DNA from: an uncultured Gemmatimonadales bacterium
GTDB lineage: Bacteria > Gemmatimonadota > Gemmatimonadetes > Gemmatimonadales > Gemmatimonadaceae
DNA length: 64,000 bases
Direction: 5' to 3'
Assembly (NCBI GenBank): GCA_963851265.1
Contig: CAWKNZ010000001.1
Coordinates: 32,001-96,000, forward strand
Position 1 is the stretch's first letter; every line of letters begins with the position of its first letter. Under the pieces are notes generated by a model. The model saw nothing but the letters and a program-made list of their open reading frames with translations. It was not told the DNA's origin and did not search any database. The position numbers and the translations under genes were made by a program. Positions 10,078-23,878 of the stretch are shown piece by piece.

Positions 10078-10706
10078 GGGTGCAGGCTGGTGAGGGACGC
10101 CACCCAGGCGGCCACGAACGCCACCCCCGGCGCGCTCGACTTCTCGGGGTGGAACTGCACGCCGACCGTCCCGCCCGCGCGCACCGCGGCCGGGAACCGG
10201 TCGCCCTCGTGCGCGCTCCACGCCGTCACGCACGCGGCGGGGTCGTCCGGCCGGCAGACGAAGCTGTTCGCGTAGTACGCCGTCTCGAGCCCCGACGCGG
10301 TGACGAGCGCGTCCGGCGCCGCGGCGTCGGCCGGCTCGACCGCGTTCCAGCCGATCTGCGGCACGCGCCGCGCCCGGATGCGCGTCACGCGCCCCGGCAG
10401 CAGCCCGAGGCCGGCGCCCGGCCCCTCGTCGCTGTCGTCGAAGAGGAGCTGCATGCCGAGGCAGATGCCTAACGACGGCAGCCCGCCGGCGAGCGCCGCG
10501 CGCATCGCGTCGCGCCCCGGCGCGAGCCGTTCGGCCGCCGCGGCGAAGGCGCCCACGCCCGGGAGCACGAGCGCGTCGGTGTGCTCGACGGCCGCGGCGG
10601 GGTCGGTCTCGACCCGCACCGTGGCGCCCGCGCGCTCGACCGCCTTGGCGAGCGAGTGCAGGTTGCCCGCGCCGTAGTCGAAGAGGGTGATCGTGGGCGG
10701 CGTCAT
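10074..10706 (-). CDS. hisH: Imidazole glycerol phosphate synthase glutaminase subunit
   Basis: 'DYGAGNL', 'LPGVGAF', 'GICLGMQ', 'QFHPEKS'. Confidence 0.95.
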   Translation of the reverse strand: MTPPTITLFDYGAGNLHSLAKAVERAGATVRVETDPAAAVEHTDALVLPGVGAFAAAAERLAPGRDAMRAALAGGLPSLGICLGMQLLFDDSDEGPGAGLGLLPGRVTRIRARRVPQIGWNAVEPADAAAPDALVTASGLETAYYANSFVCRPDDPAACVTAWSAHEGDRFPAAVRAGGTVGVQFHPEKSSAPGVAFVAAWVASLTSLHP

Positions 10707-11838
10707 CGGGTCAGCTCCGCCGTGAGCGCGTCGAGCACGCGCCGCTGCACGTCGTCGGGCCCCACGTTGAGCCGGAACGCCGAGCCCCCGCTCGCCGCGA
10801 GCGCGGGCACCGCGCGGGGCCGCGTCGTGGGCAGGCCGTCGAACACCCGCACGCCCACGCCGTGCCGCGCGCGCAGGCGGGCCGCGACCGCGCGCGCCTC
10901 GGGCACGGGCACGAAGACGAAGTGCGCCGCGGCCGGCGCGGGCTCGAGGCCCAGCGCACGCAGCGCCGCCACGAGCGCGTCGCGCTGCGCGACCGCGCGC
11001 CGCGCGTGCGTGCGCACCCACCCGAGCGCGCCCTCGCCCGGGCCGAGCGCGGCGCGCACCGCTGCCTCGGCGGGGAAGGTGACCTTGAACGGCCCGCGCG
11101 CCTTCTCCACCGCGCGCACCACGTCCGGGTGCCCCACCCCGTAGCCCACGCGCAGCCCCGCCAGCCCGAACGCCTTGCTCAGCGTGCGCGTCGCGAGCAC
11201 GCGCCCCCACCCCGGCGCCTCGGCCGTGAACACCTCCGCCGAGGCGCGTGCGTCGGCCCGCACGTACTCCGCGTACGCCTCGTCGAGGATCACGAGCCCG
11301 CGCGCGCCCGCGACCACCCGCTCGACGAGCGCGCGCGCGAGCGGCGTCGACGTCGGGTTGTTGGGCGAGCAGAGGTAGATCACCGCCGCGTCGGTGGCGA
11401 GTAGCGCCTCGGCATCGGCCTCGTAGTCGTCGCCCGCGAGCGGGACGCCGACCGGGGTCATCCCGTTGGCCCGCGCGTACGCGGGCACCATCGAGAACGT
11501 CGGCGCCGCGTGCGCGACCACGCCGCCGGGCTCGGCGAACGCGCGCAGCGCGCAGTCGATCACGTCGTCCGAGCCGCAGCCGGTCATCAGCGCGTCGGCG
11601 TCCACCCCCGCGTACGCGGCGAGCGGCGCCTTGAGCGCGTTGTTGTAGAGCGCGGGGTAGGTCGAGAGCATGGCCGCCGTGGCCGCGCTCCCCATCGCCG
11701 CGATCGCGTCGGGCGGCGCGCCCCACAGATTGATGGTGTCGCTCGCGTCGGCCACGCACGGCGACTCCGCCTCGCCCCCGGTCGCCGGCGCGTAGAGCGG
11801 GATCGCGTCGTAGCCCGCGCGGGGGGTGGCCGTCCCAC

Positions 11839-11842
<4 letters not shown>
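10703..11842 (-). CDS. hisC: Histidinol-phosphate aminotransferase
   Basis: 'GSDD', 'CSPNNPT', 'DEAY', 'RTLSKAFGLAGLRVGY'. Confidence 0.93.
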
Positions 11843-13379
<1,537 letters not shown>

Positions 13380-13383
<4 letters not shown>

Positions 13384-14267
13384 GGCATCAACCGTTCGAT
13401 GCGCGTCACGAGGATGCCCTCGGCGCCTAACGACTTCAGCTGCGCGATGGTGCGGTAGATCGTCGACGCGGCGGCCACGGCGTGCACGGCCACGTGCGCG
13501 CCGCCGTCGAGGATGTCGATCACGGTGGGGCCGTTGAGGCCGGGGAGCACGCGCTTGACCTCGTCGAGCGCGGCGCGCGGCACGTTGGCCATCACGTAGC
13601 GCTTGTCGCGCGCGCGGAGCACCGAGGCGAGCGCGGTGACGAGTTCTTCCATGGCGTGCTGCTTGGGCGAGGGCGCCGCGCCCGCGGCGGCGAGGGCGCC
13701 CGGCGCGGCGACGAGGCGCGCGCTGGACTCGAGCACCGTGGCCACCTCCCGCAGCCCGTTCATCTTGAGCGTCGACCCGGTGGAGGTGAGGTCGACGATC
13801 ACGTCGGCGATGCCGAGGTGCGGGGCGACCTCGACCGCGCCCGACATCGGCACTACGTCGAAGGCGCGGCCGGCCTCGGCGAAGTGGCGCGCGGTGAGGC
13901 GCGGAAAGACCGTGGCGACGCGCACCGGCGGCGCGGCGCCGGCGTCGCGGTGCCAGTCGTCGTGGCGGCCGTCGTCCTTGACCGCGACGACGATGCGGCA
14001 GCGGCCGAAGCCGAGGTCGAGGAGGGCGTCGAGGGTGCGGCCGCTCTCGCAGACGAGGTCCCAGCCCGTCACGCCCGCGTCGGCCGCGCCGTCGGCGACG
14101 AACTCGGGGATGTCGGCCGCGCGGACGAAGATGGCCTCGAACTCGCCGCCTAACGACGCGGTGAGGGCGCGGTCGCCGCGCACGCGCGCGGGCAGCCCGG
14201 CGTCGGCGAACAGTTCGCGCGCGTCGTCGGCGAGGCGGCCTTTGTTGGGGAGGGCGATGCGGAGCAT
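13380..14267 (-). CDS. hisG: ATP phosphoribosyltransferase, long form
   Basis: 'RIALPNKGRL', 'DLTSTGSTL', C-terminal regulatory domain 'LPGLNGPTV'. Confidence 0.95.
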
Positions 14268-14422
14268 CCGCGCAAGAAAGCGAAACGGGCGGCCCGGGTG
14301 CTAGCGGCCGCGCGCCGCGGTCGCGGCGCGGCCCGCCCTTGCGAAAGCCCGGACCGGCGGCAAGACTGCCGCGCCCCATGCTGGTCCGTTCACCCCTCTC
14401 TCCATCGGCACGACTCCCGTCC

Positions 14423-14731
14423 ATGAACAAATCGGAACTCATCCAGCACGTGGCCGACGAGGCCGAGCTGCCGCGCGCGCAGGCGGCGCGCATCGTGAAC
14501 ATGCTGTTCGACCCGTCGGTCGGGGTGATCGCGAAGGCGATCAAGAAGGGCGAGACGGTGTCGATCACGGGGTTCGGCAACTTCGAACAGCGGCAGCGCG
14601 GCGCGCGCACGTTCCGGAACCCGAGGACGGGAGACCCCGTTAAGTCCAAGGCGATGAAGGTGCCCGCGTTCCGCGCGGGGGCCACGCTCAAGGCGACGAT
14701 CAAGGGTGGGAAGAAGGTCGCCAAGTCTTGA
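14423..14731 (+). CDS. hup: HU family DNA-binding protein
   Basis: 'MNKSELI', 'ITGFGNF', 'RNPRTG', 'VPAFRAG'. Confidence 0.92.
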   Translation: MNKSELIQHVADEAELPRAQAARIVNMLFDPSVGVIAKAIKKGETVSITGFGNFEQRQRGARTFRNPRTGDPVKSKAMKVPAFRAGATLKATIKGGKKVAKS

Positions 14732-14841
14732 AGCAGCATTCGCTTGTGAATAGATTCACAAGCTCGCCGGGGACGCCCGGCGGGTGCGGCTCGCGCACAC
14801 GGCGCGCCCGCACGACCGAACGGCACTGGAGAGATTTTTAC

Positions 14842-15375
14842 ATGCGTTTTTCTGCGATGACGCTCGCGGCCAGCGTGCTCCTGCTCGGGGCGTGCGGCGG
14901 CGGGGATAAGAAGGCGACGGCGGATACGGCGGCGGCTTCGGCCGACGCGAGCGCGGCGACCGCGGCTCCGGCCGGCGGCGCGGCGGCGGGTGCGGCGGGC
15001 GGCGCGGCCGCGGGCGGTGTCGCGGCCAAGCCGGCGACCGGCGCGACCCACGAGGTCAAGATGTACGGCGACGACAAGGGCTACCGCTTCGAGCCCGCCA
15101 ACCTCACGGTCAAGCAGGGCGACGCGGTCAAGTTCACCATGGTCAACGGCGGCCCGCACAACGTCGCGTTCGACCCGGCCGGCATCCCGTCGGGCGCCGC
15201 GGCGCAGCTGAACGCCAACATGTCGCCGGCGTCCACCGACGAGTCGAGCCCGATGCTCATGAACCCGAACGACGCGGTCACCGTCTCGTTCGCGGGCGTG
15301 CCGGCCGGTGCGTACAACTACCACTGCACGCCGCACCTCGCCATGAACATGAAGGGCGTCATCACGGTCCAGTAA
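14842..15375 (+). CDS. Plastocyanin/azurin-family blue copper lipoprotein
   Basis: Lipobox LLGAC, Ala-rich linker, type-1 copper ligands 'PHNV' and 'YHCTPHLAMNM'. Confidence 0.9.
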   Translation: MRFSAMTLAASVLLLGACGGGDKKATADTAAASADASAATAAPAGGAAAGAAGGAAAGGVAAKPATGATHEVKMYGDDKGYRFEPANLTVKQGDAVKFTMVNGGPHNVAFDPAGIPSGAAAQLNANMSPASTDESSPMLMNPNDAVTVSFAGVPAGAYNYHCTPHLAMNMKGVITVQ

Positions 15376-15398
15376 GGCCGTTCTCGCAGGGGCAGTAC

Positions 15399-15437
15399 CG
15401 AGCGCGCCGGACATCCCGTCCGGCGCGCTCGTTCTTT
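15399..15437 (+). terminator. Intrinsic terminator
   Basis: 14-bp stem cgagcgcgccggac/gtccggcgcgctcg followed by ttcttt. Confidence 0.75.
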
Positions 15438-15452
15438 GCTAGTATCGCGGCC

Positions 15453-16403
15453 ATGATCCGCTGGGGCCTCTGCTGCCAGTTCGTCGACGCCGCCATCAAG
15501 TTCCGGACGGCCACGCACCGCTACGTCTCGGGGCTGGAGCCCGGCGCGCGTCGCGACTACCTCGCCGCCATCGCGCGCGACAACGCCGCCGCCCTCGCCA
15601 GCGCGGTCGAGTTCTGCCACGTGCTCGGCATCGGCGCGTTCCGCATCAACAGCCAGATCCTTCCGCTGGCGACGCACCCCGTCACCGGCTACACGCTCGG
15701 CGCGCTGGACGAAGCCGCCGATCTCGCGGGCGAATTCGCCGCGGTCCGGCCGCTCGCGGCGTCGCTCGGCGTGCGCCTCTCGTTCCACCCCGACCAGTTC
15801 GTCGTGCTCAACTCCGAGCGCGAACGCGTGCGCGACGCCTCGCGCCAGGAACTCGAGATGCAGGCGTACCTCGCCGAGCTCGTCGGCGCCGACCTGCTCA
15901 CGCTCCACGTCGGCGGCGCGACCGGCGGCGTCGACGCGGCCATCGAACGCCTCGAACGCTCCCTCGACGCGCTCTCCCCACGCGTCCGCGACCGTCTCGG
16001 CTTCGAGAACGATGACCGCCTGTTCTCACCCGCCGACCTGCTGCCACTCTGCGCGCGCACGGGTGTCGCCCTGGTGTACGATTCGCACCATCACCGCTGC
16101 CACCCCGACGCGCTCACGGCGGACGAGGCGTCGCGGCGCGCTGCCGAGACGTGGGCGGGGCGCGACCCGTCGCTCGGGTTCGCGGCGCGCGAGCCCTACT
16201 TCCACGTCTCGTCGCCGCGCGACGGCTGGGACGCGAAGAACCCGCGCCCGCACGCCGACTACGTCGACCCCGCCGACGTCCCGGCCGTCTGGCGCGAGAT
16301 GGACGTCACGGTCGACGTCGAGGCCAAGGAGAAGGAACGGGCCGTGCTCGCGATCAAGGCCGCGGTCGAGGGGGCGCCCACCGCGCTGGAGCTGGCCGCC
16401 TGA
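15453..16403 (+). CDS. uvsE: UV DNA damage endonuclease
   Basis: 'FRINS', 'RLSFHPDQFVVLNS', 'FENDD', 'YDSHHH', 'HADY', 'VEAKEKE'. Confidence 0.92.
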   Translation: MIRWGLCCQFVDAAIKFRTATHRYVSGLEPGARRDYLAAIARDNAAALASAVEFCHVLGIGAFRINSQILPLATHPVTGYTLGALDEAADLAGEFAAVRPLAASLGVRLSFHPDQFVVLNSERERVRDASRQELEMQAYLAELVGADLLTLHVGGATGGVDAAIERLERSLDALSPRVRDRLGFENDDRLFSPADLLPLCARTGVALVYDSHHHRCHPDALTADEASRRAAETWAGRDPSLGFAAREPYFHVSSPRDGWDAKNPRPHADYVDPADVPAVWREMDVTVDVEAKEKERAVLAIKAAVEGAPTALELAA

Positions 16404-18346
16404 CCGCGCCCGCGACCCCGGCCGCGGCGCCCGCGTCCAGCCCGGCGCCCGCGCTCTCGCCCGGCCTGCGCATCCGCGCGGTGTGGGCCCATGCGCGGGC
16501 GCGCAACGCGCTGCGCCGTCGCCGGATCATCACCGGCGTGGGGCTGGTCGCGTTCGGCAGCACGCTCGCCGCGCTCATCCTCGTCCCGCGCGAGGCCATC
16601 CGCGAGGCGCGCAACGCGGCCCCACTGCCGGGCGAGAAGGTCGACAGCATCCCCCTGGTGGCCGCGCTCGCGGCCGTTCAGGAGGAGTACCGCACCGCCA
16701 ACGGCGCGGTCGCCGCCAAGCGCGCGGCGGCCGCCCGCGCGACGGCGGCGCTCGTCGCCGCCCGCCAGCGCGCCCTGGCCGCCGCCCTGGCCGCCGCGCG
16801 TCCCGTGGGGAACCGGGACTCGCTGCGGGCCGCGTCCGCGGAACTCGGGCGACTGATCGACCGCGCGCGCACCTCGCCGCTGCCCAGCTCGTACCGCGCG
16901 CTGGCCGAAGCGCCCGGCGTGCGCGGCGATCCGCGGGTGCGCGCCCTCGTCGATTCGCTCGACGACGTGGAGCGTGAGCGCGAGTCGTACGGCGTGGGCG
17001 GCGTCGATCCCGTCTACGTCTCGCTCACCAACCGCGCCACGCAACTCGGCCGCGCGGTCGAGGCCATCGCGGAACGCCGGCGCGCCGCCCTCGAAGATCA
17101 GCTCAACGCACCCGATGTGCCCCCGCCGGTCGCCCCGGCGCCGCCCGTGCCCGCACCGGTCGCCGCCGCCCCTGCCGCGACGGCGTCTGGTACGACGGCG
17201 TCTGGTACGACGGCGCCTGCAGTGCGCGACAGCACGGGCGAGCCCGTGCGCGCCGCGGTGCGGGTCGCGCCGCGCGCGGTGGTGGCCGACACCGCCGTCG
17301 AAGCCGGGCAGCGGGCGGTCGTCGCCACGCGGCTCGCCCAGGCGCAGCGTGCGCTCGCCGCGGCGCGGATACGCGACGTCGCCGCCGACCGGCGCGTCGA
17401 AGCCGCACGCGCCCGCGCCGGATTCGACACGCCGCCGCTCGCGATCGCCGCCGCGGCGCTCATCCTCGGCGCCGCCCTCGGCTTCGGCGTGGCGTTCCTG
17501 ACCGAGGTGCGGCGCCCGCGTGTGGCCGACGCCGAGGAGGCGGAGCGCGTGACGCGCTCGCGCGTGCTGGCCGTGGTGCGGCCGAGCGCGGGCGTGACGC
17601 CCGAACGCGGCCGGCGACTCGTCGACGAGCGGTTGGACGGCGCCGGGGCGGGCGTGCGGATACCGGCCCTCGTCGACCCCGCCGTCGAGGGCTACCGCCT
17701 GCTCTATCTCGGCCTCGCGCCGATCGGGGCGGCGGTGCCGCGCATGGCGATCACCGCGGCCGAGCCCGCGGTCGCCGCGGCGGTCGCGCTCAACCTCGCC
17801 GCGGCCGCGGCGGAGGACGGGCGGAGCACGCTGATCGTGGACGCCGACCCACGATCGGCGGTGCTCTCCGCCGCGTTGGGCGTCCGCGACCGCATCGGGC
17901 TGGTGGACCTCGCGCGTGCGGGCTTCGCGCCGCGCGAGGCCGTGGTGCCGGTGGCCGTCGGCCGCGACGTGTCGGTCGACGTGCTGCCGGCGGGGCTCAC
18001 CGCGATCGCGTCGGGCGGCCGTCCGCCTGCGCCCGCCGCGGTGCCCGAGGAGGACGACCCGCGGGCGGTGCTCGCGCGGCTCGCGCGCGCGTACGACGTC
18101 ACGGTGACCAGCATCCCGCCCGCGCCCGCGCCGGGCGGCCAGTCGGCCGCCGCGGTGGCCACGCCGCAGGCGGCGGCCGAATCGCTCGCGCGCGAGGTGC
18201 TGGCGCGCGAGGTGATCGTCTGCGCGCGCGCGGGGCACACGCCGCTCGCGTCGCTCACGCGCGAGATCGCGCGGCTCAACGCGGCGGGGGCGCGCGTGCG
18301 GGGGCTGGTGGTGTGGGACGACGCGCTGCCGGCGGTGCGGGGGTAA
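16400..18346 (+). CDS. Wzc/polysaccharide co-polymerase-like membrane protein with degenerate kinase-like domain (start uncertain)
   Basis: Two TM segments flanking a coiled-coil region. C-terminal 'NLAAAAAEDGRSTLIVDAD...VDVLPAG...GARVRGLVV' resembles CpsD/CapB. Confidence 0.6.
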   Translation: MTAPATPAAAPASSPAPALSPGLRIRAVWAHARARNALRRRRIITGVGLVAFGSTLAALILVPREAIREARNAAPLPGEKVDSIPLVAALAAVQEEYRTANGAVAAKRAAAARATAALVAARQRALAAALAAARPVGNRDSLRAASAELGRLIDRARTSPLPSSYRALAEAPGVRGDPRVRALVDSLDDVERERESYGVGGVDPVYVSLTNRATQLGRAVEAIAERRRAALEDQLNAPDVPPPVAPAPPVPAPVAAAPAATASGTTASGTTAPAVRDSTGEPVRAAVRVAPRAVVADTAVEAGQRAVVATRLAQAQRALAAARIRDVAADRRVEAARARAGFDTPPLAIAAAALILGAALGFGVAFLTEVRRPRVADAEEAERVTRSRVLAVVRPSAGVTPERGRRLVDERLDGAGAGVRIPALVDPAVEGYRLLYLGLAPIGAAVPRMAITAAEPAVAAAVALNLAAAAAEDGRSTLIVDADPRSAVLSAALGVRDRIGLVDLARAGFAPREAVVPVAVGRDVSVDVLPAGLTAIASGGRPPAPAAVPEEDDPRAVLARLARAYDVTVTSIPPAPAPGGQSAAAVATPQAAAESLAREVLAREVIVCARAGHTPLASLTREIARLNAAGARVRGLVVWDDALPAVRG

Positions 18347-18354
18347 CGTCGCGC

Positions 18355-20457
<2,103 letters not shown>

Positions 20458-20573
20458 GAGGCAAAGCTCTCCGTGCACGTTCGCCGCCGGCAACCCCTTG
20501 GCACACCGGCGCGCCGCGCGCAACCGCGACGACGTGCCCCCCGGGCCCGCGCTCCCCGCGGTAAGGCCCGACG

Positions 20574-21872
20574 TTACCCGGCGGCCGGCACCGGCAGTGG
20601 CCGCCCCGCCCGCGCGGCCTCGTAGATGAGTTCCATGATCTGGATGTCGCGCAGGCCCATCTCGCCCGGGGTCCGCGGCGCGCGGTGCTCGCGCACCGCG
20701 CTCACGAACTCGTCGAGCATCCCCGTGAACTGCTGCTCCGACTCCCCGACCTGCGGCGTGCGCTCGGTCCCGTGGGTGCGCACGCGCAGCGCGTTCCCCG
20801 TGTAGCCGGTGGCCGGCGAGAGTTCGAGCGACCCCGAGTCGCCGAGCACCTGCAGCCGGTTCATCTCGGCGTCGTAGGCCGAGGCCGCCGTCGCGACCGC
20901 GCCGCTCGGGAAGCGCGCCGACCAGTCGACGCCCATCTCCACGTCCACCGGGTGCCCGCGCACCTGCTGCGGCGGCGGGCGGCGCAGCGTCGCGCGGATC
21001 TCGACCGGGTCCTCGCCGGCGAACCAGCGCAGCCCGTTGAGCGAGTAGATCCCGATGTCCCACAGCGAGCCGCCGCCGGCGAGTGAGCGCTGCACGCGCC
21101 ACTCGCCGTGCGGGGTGGTCGGGTCGACGGGCCCGCCGTGCTGGCCGATCATCTGGCGCACGGTCCCCAACTCGCCGGCGCGGATGAGCCGTTCGGCCTC
21201 GACGTTGTGCGGCTCCCAGTGCACGCGGTAGCCGATCATGAGCCGGCGGTCGGCCGCGCGGCACGCGTCGACCATCTGCCGGCACTCCGCGGCGGTGGGC
21301 GCCATCGGCTTCTCGCAGAGCACGTGCTTGCCCAGCCGTGCCGCGCGCACCGTGTACTCGGCGTGGAGCGCGACCGGGAGGACGACGTAGACCGCGTCGA
21401 CGGCGGCGTCGTCGCGCAGGCGGTCGAACGTGTCATACGTGTAGAGGCTGCGTTCGGGCACGCCGTAGGCGGCGGCAACGGCGCGGGCCTTGGCCGGGTC
21501 GCCGCTCACGAGGCCCGTGAGGCGGAGGTGCTGCGTGCGCGCGATGCGCGGCAGGATCTGGCCGAGCGCGTAATTGCCGAGCCCGACGACGGCGATGCCG
21601 AGTCGCTGCGCCGGCGGATCGCCGAGGTTGGCGGAGGCCGGCATCGGGCGGCCGACGGCACGCGGCGGCACGGGAGCGGCCGCCGATCCCGGGTCCGTGG
21701 CGTCCGCGCCGGCCGTGCCCGCGTCGGGAGTGCCCGCGTGGGGCACCGCGCGTTCGGCCACGGCCGCGGCGCCGGCGAGGGGGAGCGCGGCCAGGCCGAC
21801 GCCGGCCGCGGTGACGAAGGCGCGGCGCGTGACGGGGCGCCCGGTCGGGGCTGGCGTGCGGTCGTGCTGCAT
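20574..21872 (-). CDS. Gfo/Idh/MocA oxidoreductase (glucose-fructose oxidoreductase-like), Tat-exported
   Basis: 'TRRAFV' Tat signal, 'VGLGNYA', 'HVLCEKPMA', 'GGGSLWDIGIY'. Confidence 0.88.
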   Translation of the reverse strand: MQHDRTPAPTGRPVTRRAFVTAAGVGLAALPLAGAAAVAERAVPHAGTPDAGTAGADATDPGSAAAPVPPRAVGRPMPASANLGDPPAQRLGIAVVGLGNYALGQILPRIARTQHLRLTGLVSGDPAKARAVAAAYGVPERSLYTYDTFDRLRDDAAVDAVYVVLPVALHAEYTVRAARLGKHVLCEKPMAPTAAECRQMVDACRAADRRLMIGYRVHWEPHNVEAERLIRAGELGTVRQMIGQHGGPVDPTTPHGEWRVQRSLAGGGSLWDIGIYSLNGLRWFAGEDPVEIRATLRRPPPQQVRGHPVDVEMGVDWSARFPSGAVATAASAYDAEMNRLQVLGDSGSLELSPATGYTGNALRVRTHGTERTPQVGESEQQFTGMLDEFVSAVREHRAPRTPGEMGLRDIQIMELIYEAARAGRPLPVPAAG

Positions 21873-22096
21873 CGGTCCGGGGGTGCGGGGGCGGTGCGCC
21901 TAACGTGCTGCGGCCGGCGCGCGGTGCGCCCGACCACGGCCGCAAGGCCCGTTCCCCGCCGGACCCCGCGCCGGCCGGCGCACCGGGCGCGCCACGCCCC
22001 CGTGGCCCGTCGTATGCCCCGCCCTCCGGTCCGCCTCGCGACGCGCGCCCGCGTCCGCGGCCGTCCGCGTGCGCCTCCCTGTACGCCCCTCCCGTC

Positions 22097-22846
22097 ATGC
22101 ACACCTTCAACGCGAGACCCGGCACCGAATCGGGGGAATCGCTCTCCGCCGCGGTCCGCCGCGAGTACATCGGCCAGACGGTGGTGGCGGGCGACGCGTC
22201 GGACGTCGCGTCCAGCCTGGCCGTGCTGCAGGCCGCCGCGGCGGCCCCCGACGCGCCCGCCGAGCGCCCGCGCGAGGTCGAGGTGCGGCTGCGCGTGAAC
22301 GGGCGCGAGACGGCGGTCGTGGTCGACACGCGCACGAGCCTGCTCGACGCGCTGCGCGAACGGTTGCAGCTGACGGGGAGCAAGAAGGGGTGCGACCACG
22401 GCCAGTGTGGCGCGTGCACCGTGCTGCTGAACGGGCGGCGCGTGAACAGCTGCCTCACGCTCGCCGTCGCGGTCGGGGGTGACGAGGTCGTGACCATCGA
22501 GGGGCTCGCCGGGGAGGGCGCCGACGGAGGCGACGCGCTCCACCCCATGCAGCAGGCGTTCATCACGCACGACGGCTTTCAGTGCGGCTACTGCACGCCC
22601 GGGCAGATCTGCTCCGCGGTCGCGATGCTCGACGAGGTGCGCGCGGGATGGCCGAGCTACGTCACGCCCGACGTCGCGGCCACGGTCGCGCTCGAGACGT
22701 TGGGCGACGAGGAGCTGCGCGAGCGTATGAGCGGCAACCTGTGCCGCTGCGGCGCGTACGCGGGGATCCTCGCCGCGGTGCGCGAGGCGGGCGGGATCGG
22801 CGCCGCGCCCCCGCGTCCCGTCGCCGCGCCCCCCGCCGCCGCATGA
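22097..22846 (+). CDS. Aldehyde oxidoreductase 2Fe-2S subunit (PaoA/YagT-like), set 1
   Basis: 'KKGCDHGQCGACT', 'QCGYCTPGQI', 'GNLCRCGAY'. Confidence 0.9.
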   Translation: MHTFNARPGTESGESLSAAVRREYIGQTVVAGDASDVASSLAVLQAAAAAPDAPAERPREVEVRLRVNGRETAVVVDTRTSLLDALRERLQLTGSKKGCDHGQCGACTVLLNGRRVNSCLTLAVAVGGDEVVTIEGLAGEGADGGDALHPMQQAFITHDGFQCGYCTPGQICSAVAMLDEVRAGWPSYVTPDVAATVALETLGDEELRERMSGNLCRCGAYAGILAAVREAGGIGAAPPRPVAAPPAAA

Positions 22847-22853
22847 ACCCCGC

Positions 22854-23876
22854 ATGAACCCCTTCGACTACGAGCGCGCGACGAGCGTGGCGGGCGCGGT
22901 GGAGGCGCTCGTCGCCGACCCGCACGCGCACATCCTCGCCGGCGGCACCAACCTCGTCGACCTCATGAAGGCCGGCGTCGAACGGCCGCGCCGGCTGATC
23001 GACATCACGCGGCTGCCGGCGTTGGGCACGATCGATGAGCTGCCCGACGGCGGGCTCCGCGTGGGCGCGCTCGTGCTCAACAGCGACCTCGCGGCCGACC
23101 GGCGCGTGCGGGAGCGCTACCCGCTGCTGGCCGAGGCGCTGCTCGCGGCGGCCTCGCCCCAGCTGCGCAACCGCGCGACCACGGCGGGCAACATGCTGCA
23201 GCGCACGCGGTGCTCGTGGTTCTACGACCCGTCCACGCCGTGCAACAAGCGCCAGCCGGGCTCGGGTTGCTCGGCCATCGGCGGCGGGTACAACCGCTAC
23301 CACGCCGTGCTCGGCTGGAGCGAGCACTGCATCGCGGTGAACGCGTCGGACATGGCCGTAGCGCTGGCCGCGCTCGACGCGACCGTGGTGGCGGTGGGGC
23401 CGGGCGGCGAGCGGCGGATTCCGTTCGTCGAGTTCCACACGCTGCCGGGCGACCACCCCGAGCGCGACCACGTCCTGGAGCGCGGAGAGGTGATCACCGC
23501 GGTCGAGCTGCCCGCCGCGGCCGCCGGGCGGCGCGCGCGCTACGTGAAGGTCCGCGACCGCGCGTCGTACGCGTTCGCGGTGGTGTCGGTGGCCGCGGAG
23601 CTGGAGCTGGACGGCGACCCCGCGGCCGGCGGCACGGTGCGGCGCGCGCGCGTCGCGTTGGGCGGCGTGGCGCACAGGCCGTGGCGCGCGGCGCGCGCGG
23701 AGTCGGTGCTGGCCGGTGCGCCGGCCACGCGCGCGGTGTTCGAGCGGGCCGCCGACGCCGAGCTGGCGGACGCGCGGCCGGGCGGCGACAACGCGTTCAA
23801 GATCCCGCTCGCGCGCCGGACGCTCGTGCGCGCGCTCGCCGACCTGGCGGCGGACCCGGGCGCGCCGCGGAGCTGA
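22854..23876 (+). CDS. Aldehyde oxidoreductase FAD subunit (PaoB/YagS-like), set 1
   Basis: 'AGGTNLVDLMK', 'QLRNRAT', Cys cluster 'RC..CNKR.PGSGC', 'KVRDRASYAFA'. Confidence 0.9.
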   Translation: MNPFDYERATSVAGAVEALVADPHAHILAGGTNLVDLMKAGVERPRRLIDITRLPALGTIDELPDGGLRVGALVLNSDLAADRRVRERYPLLAEALLAAASPQLRNRATTAGNMLQRTRCSWFYDPSTPCNKRQPGSGCSAIGGGYNRYHAVLGWSEHCIAVNASDMAVALAALDATVVAVGPGGERRIPFVEFHTLPGDHPERDHVLERGEVITAVELPAAAAGRRARYVKVRDRASYAFAVVSVAAELELDGDPAAGGTVRRARVALGGVAHRPWRAARAESVLAGAPATRAVFERAADAELADARPGGDNAFKIPLARRTLVRALADLAADPGAPRS

Positions 23877-23878
23877 CG

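Noticed and set aside
14268..14420. His attenuator upstream of hisG
   Set aside because: No His-codon-rich leader or terminator found; the region is a short divergent spacer.
17178..17215. 15-bp tandem repeat, and a similar one near 54595-54640
   Set aside because: In-frame slippage in low-complexity linkers; ordinary.
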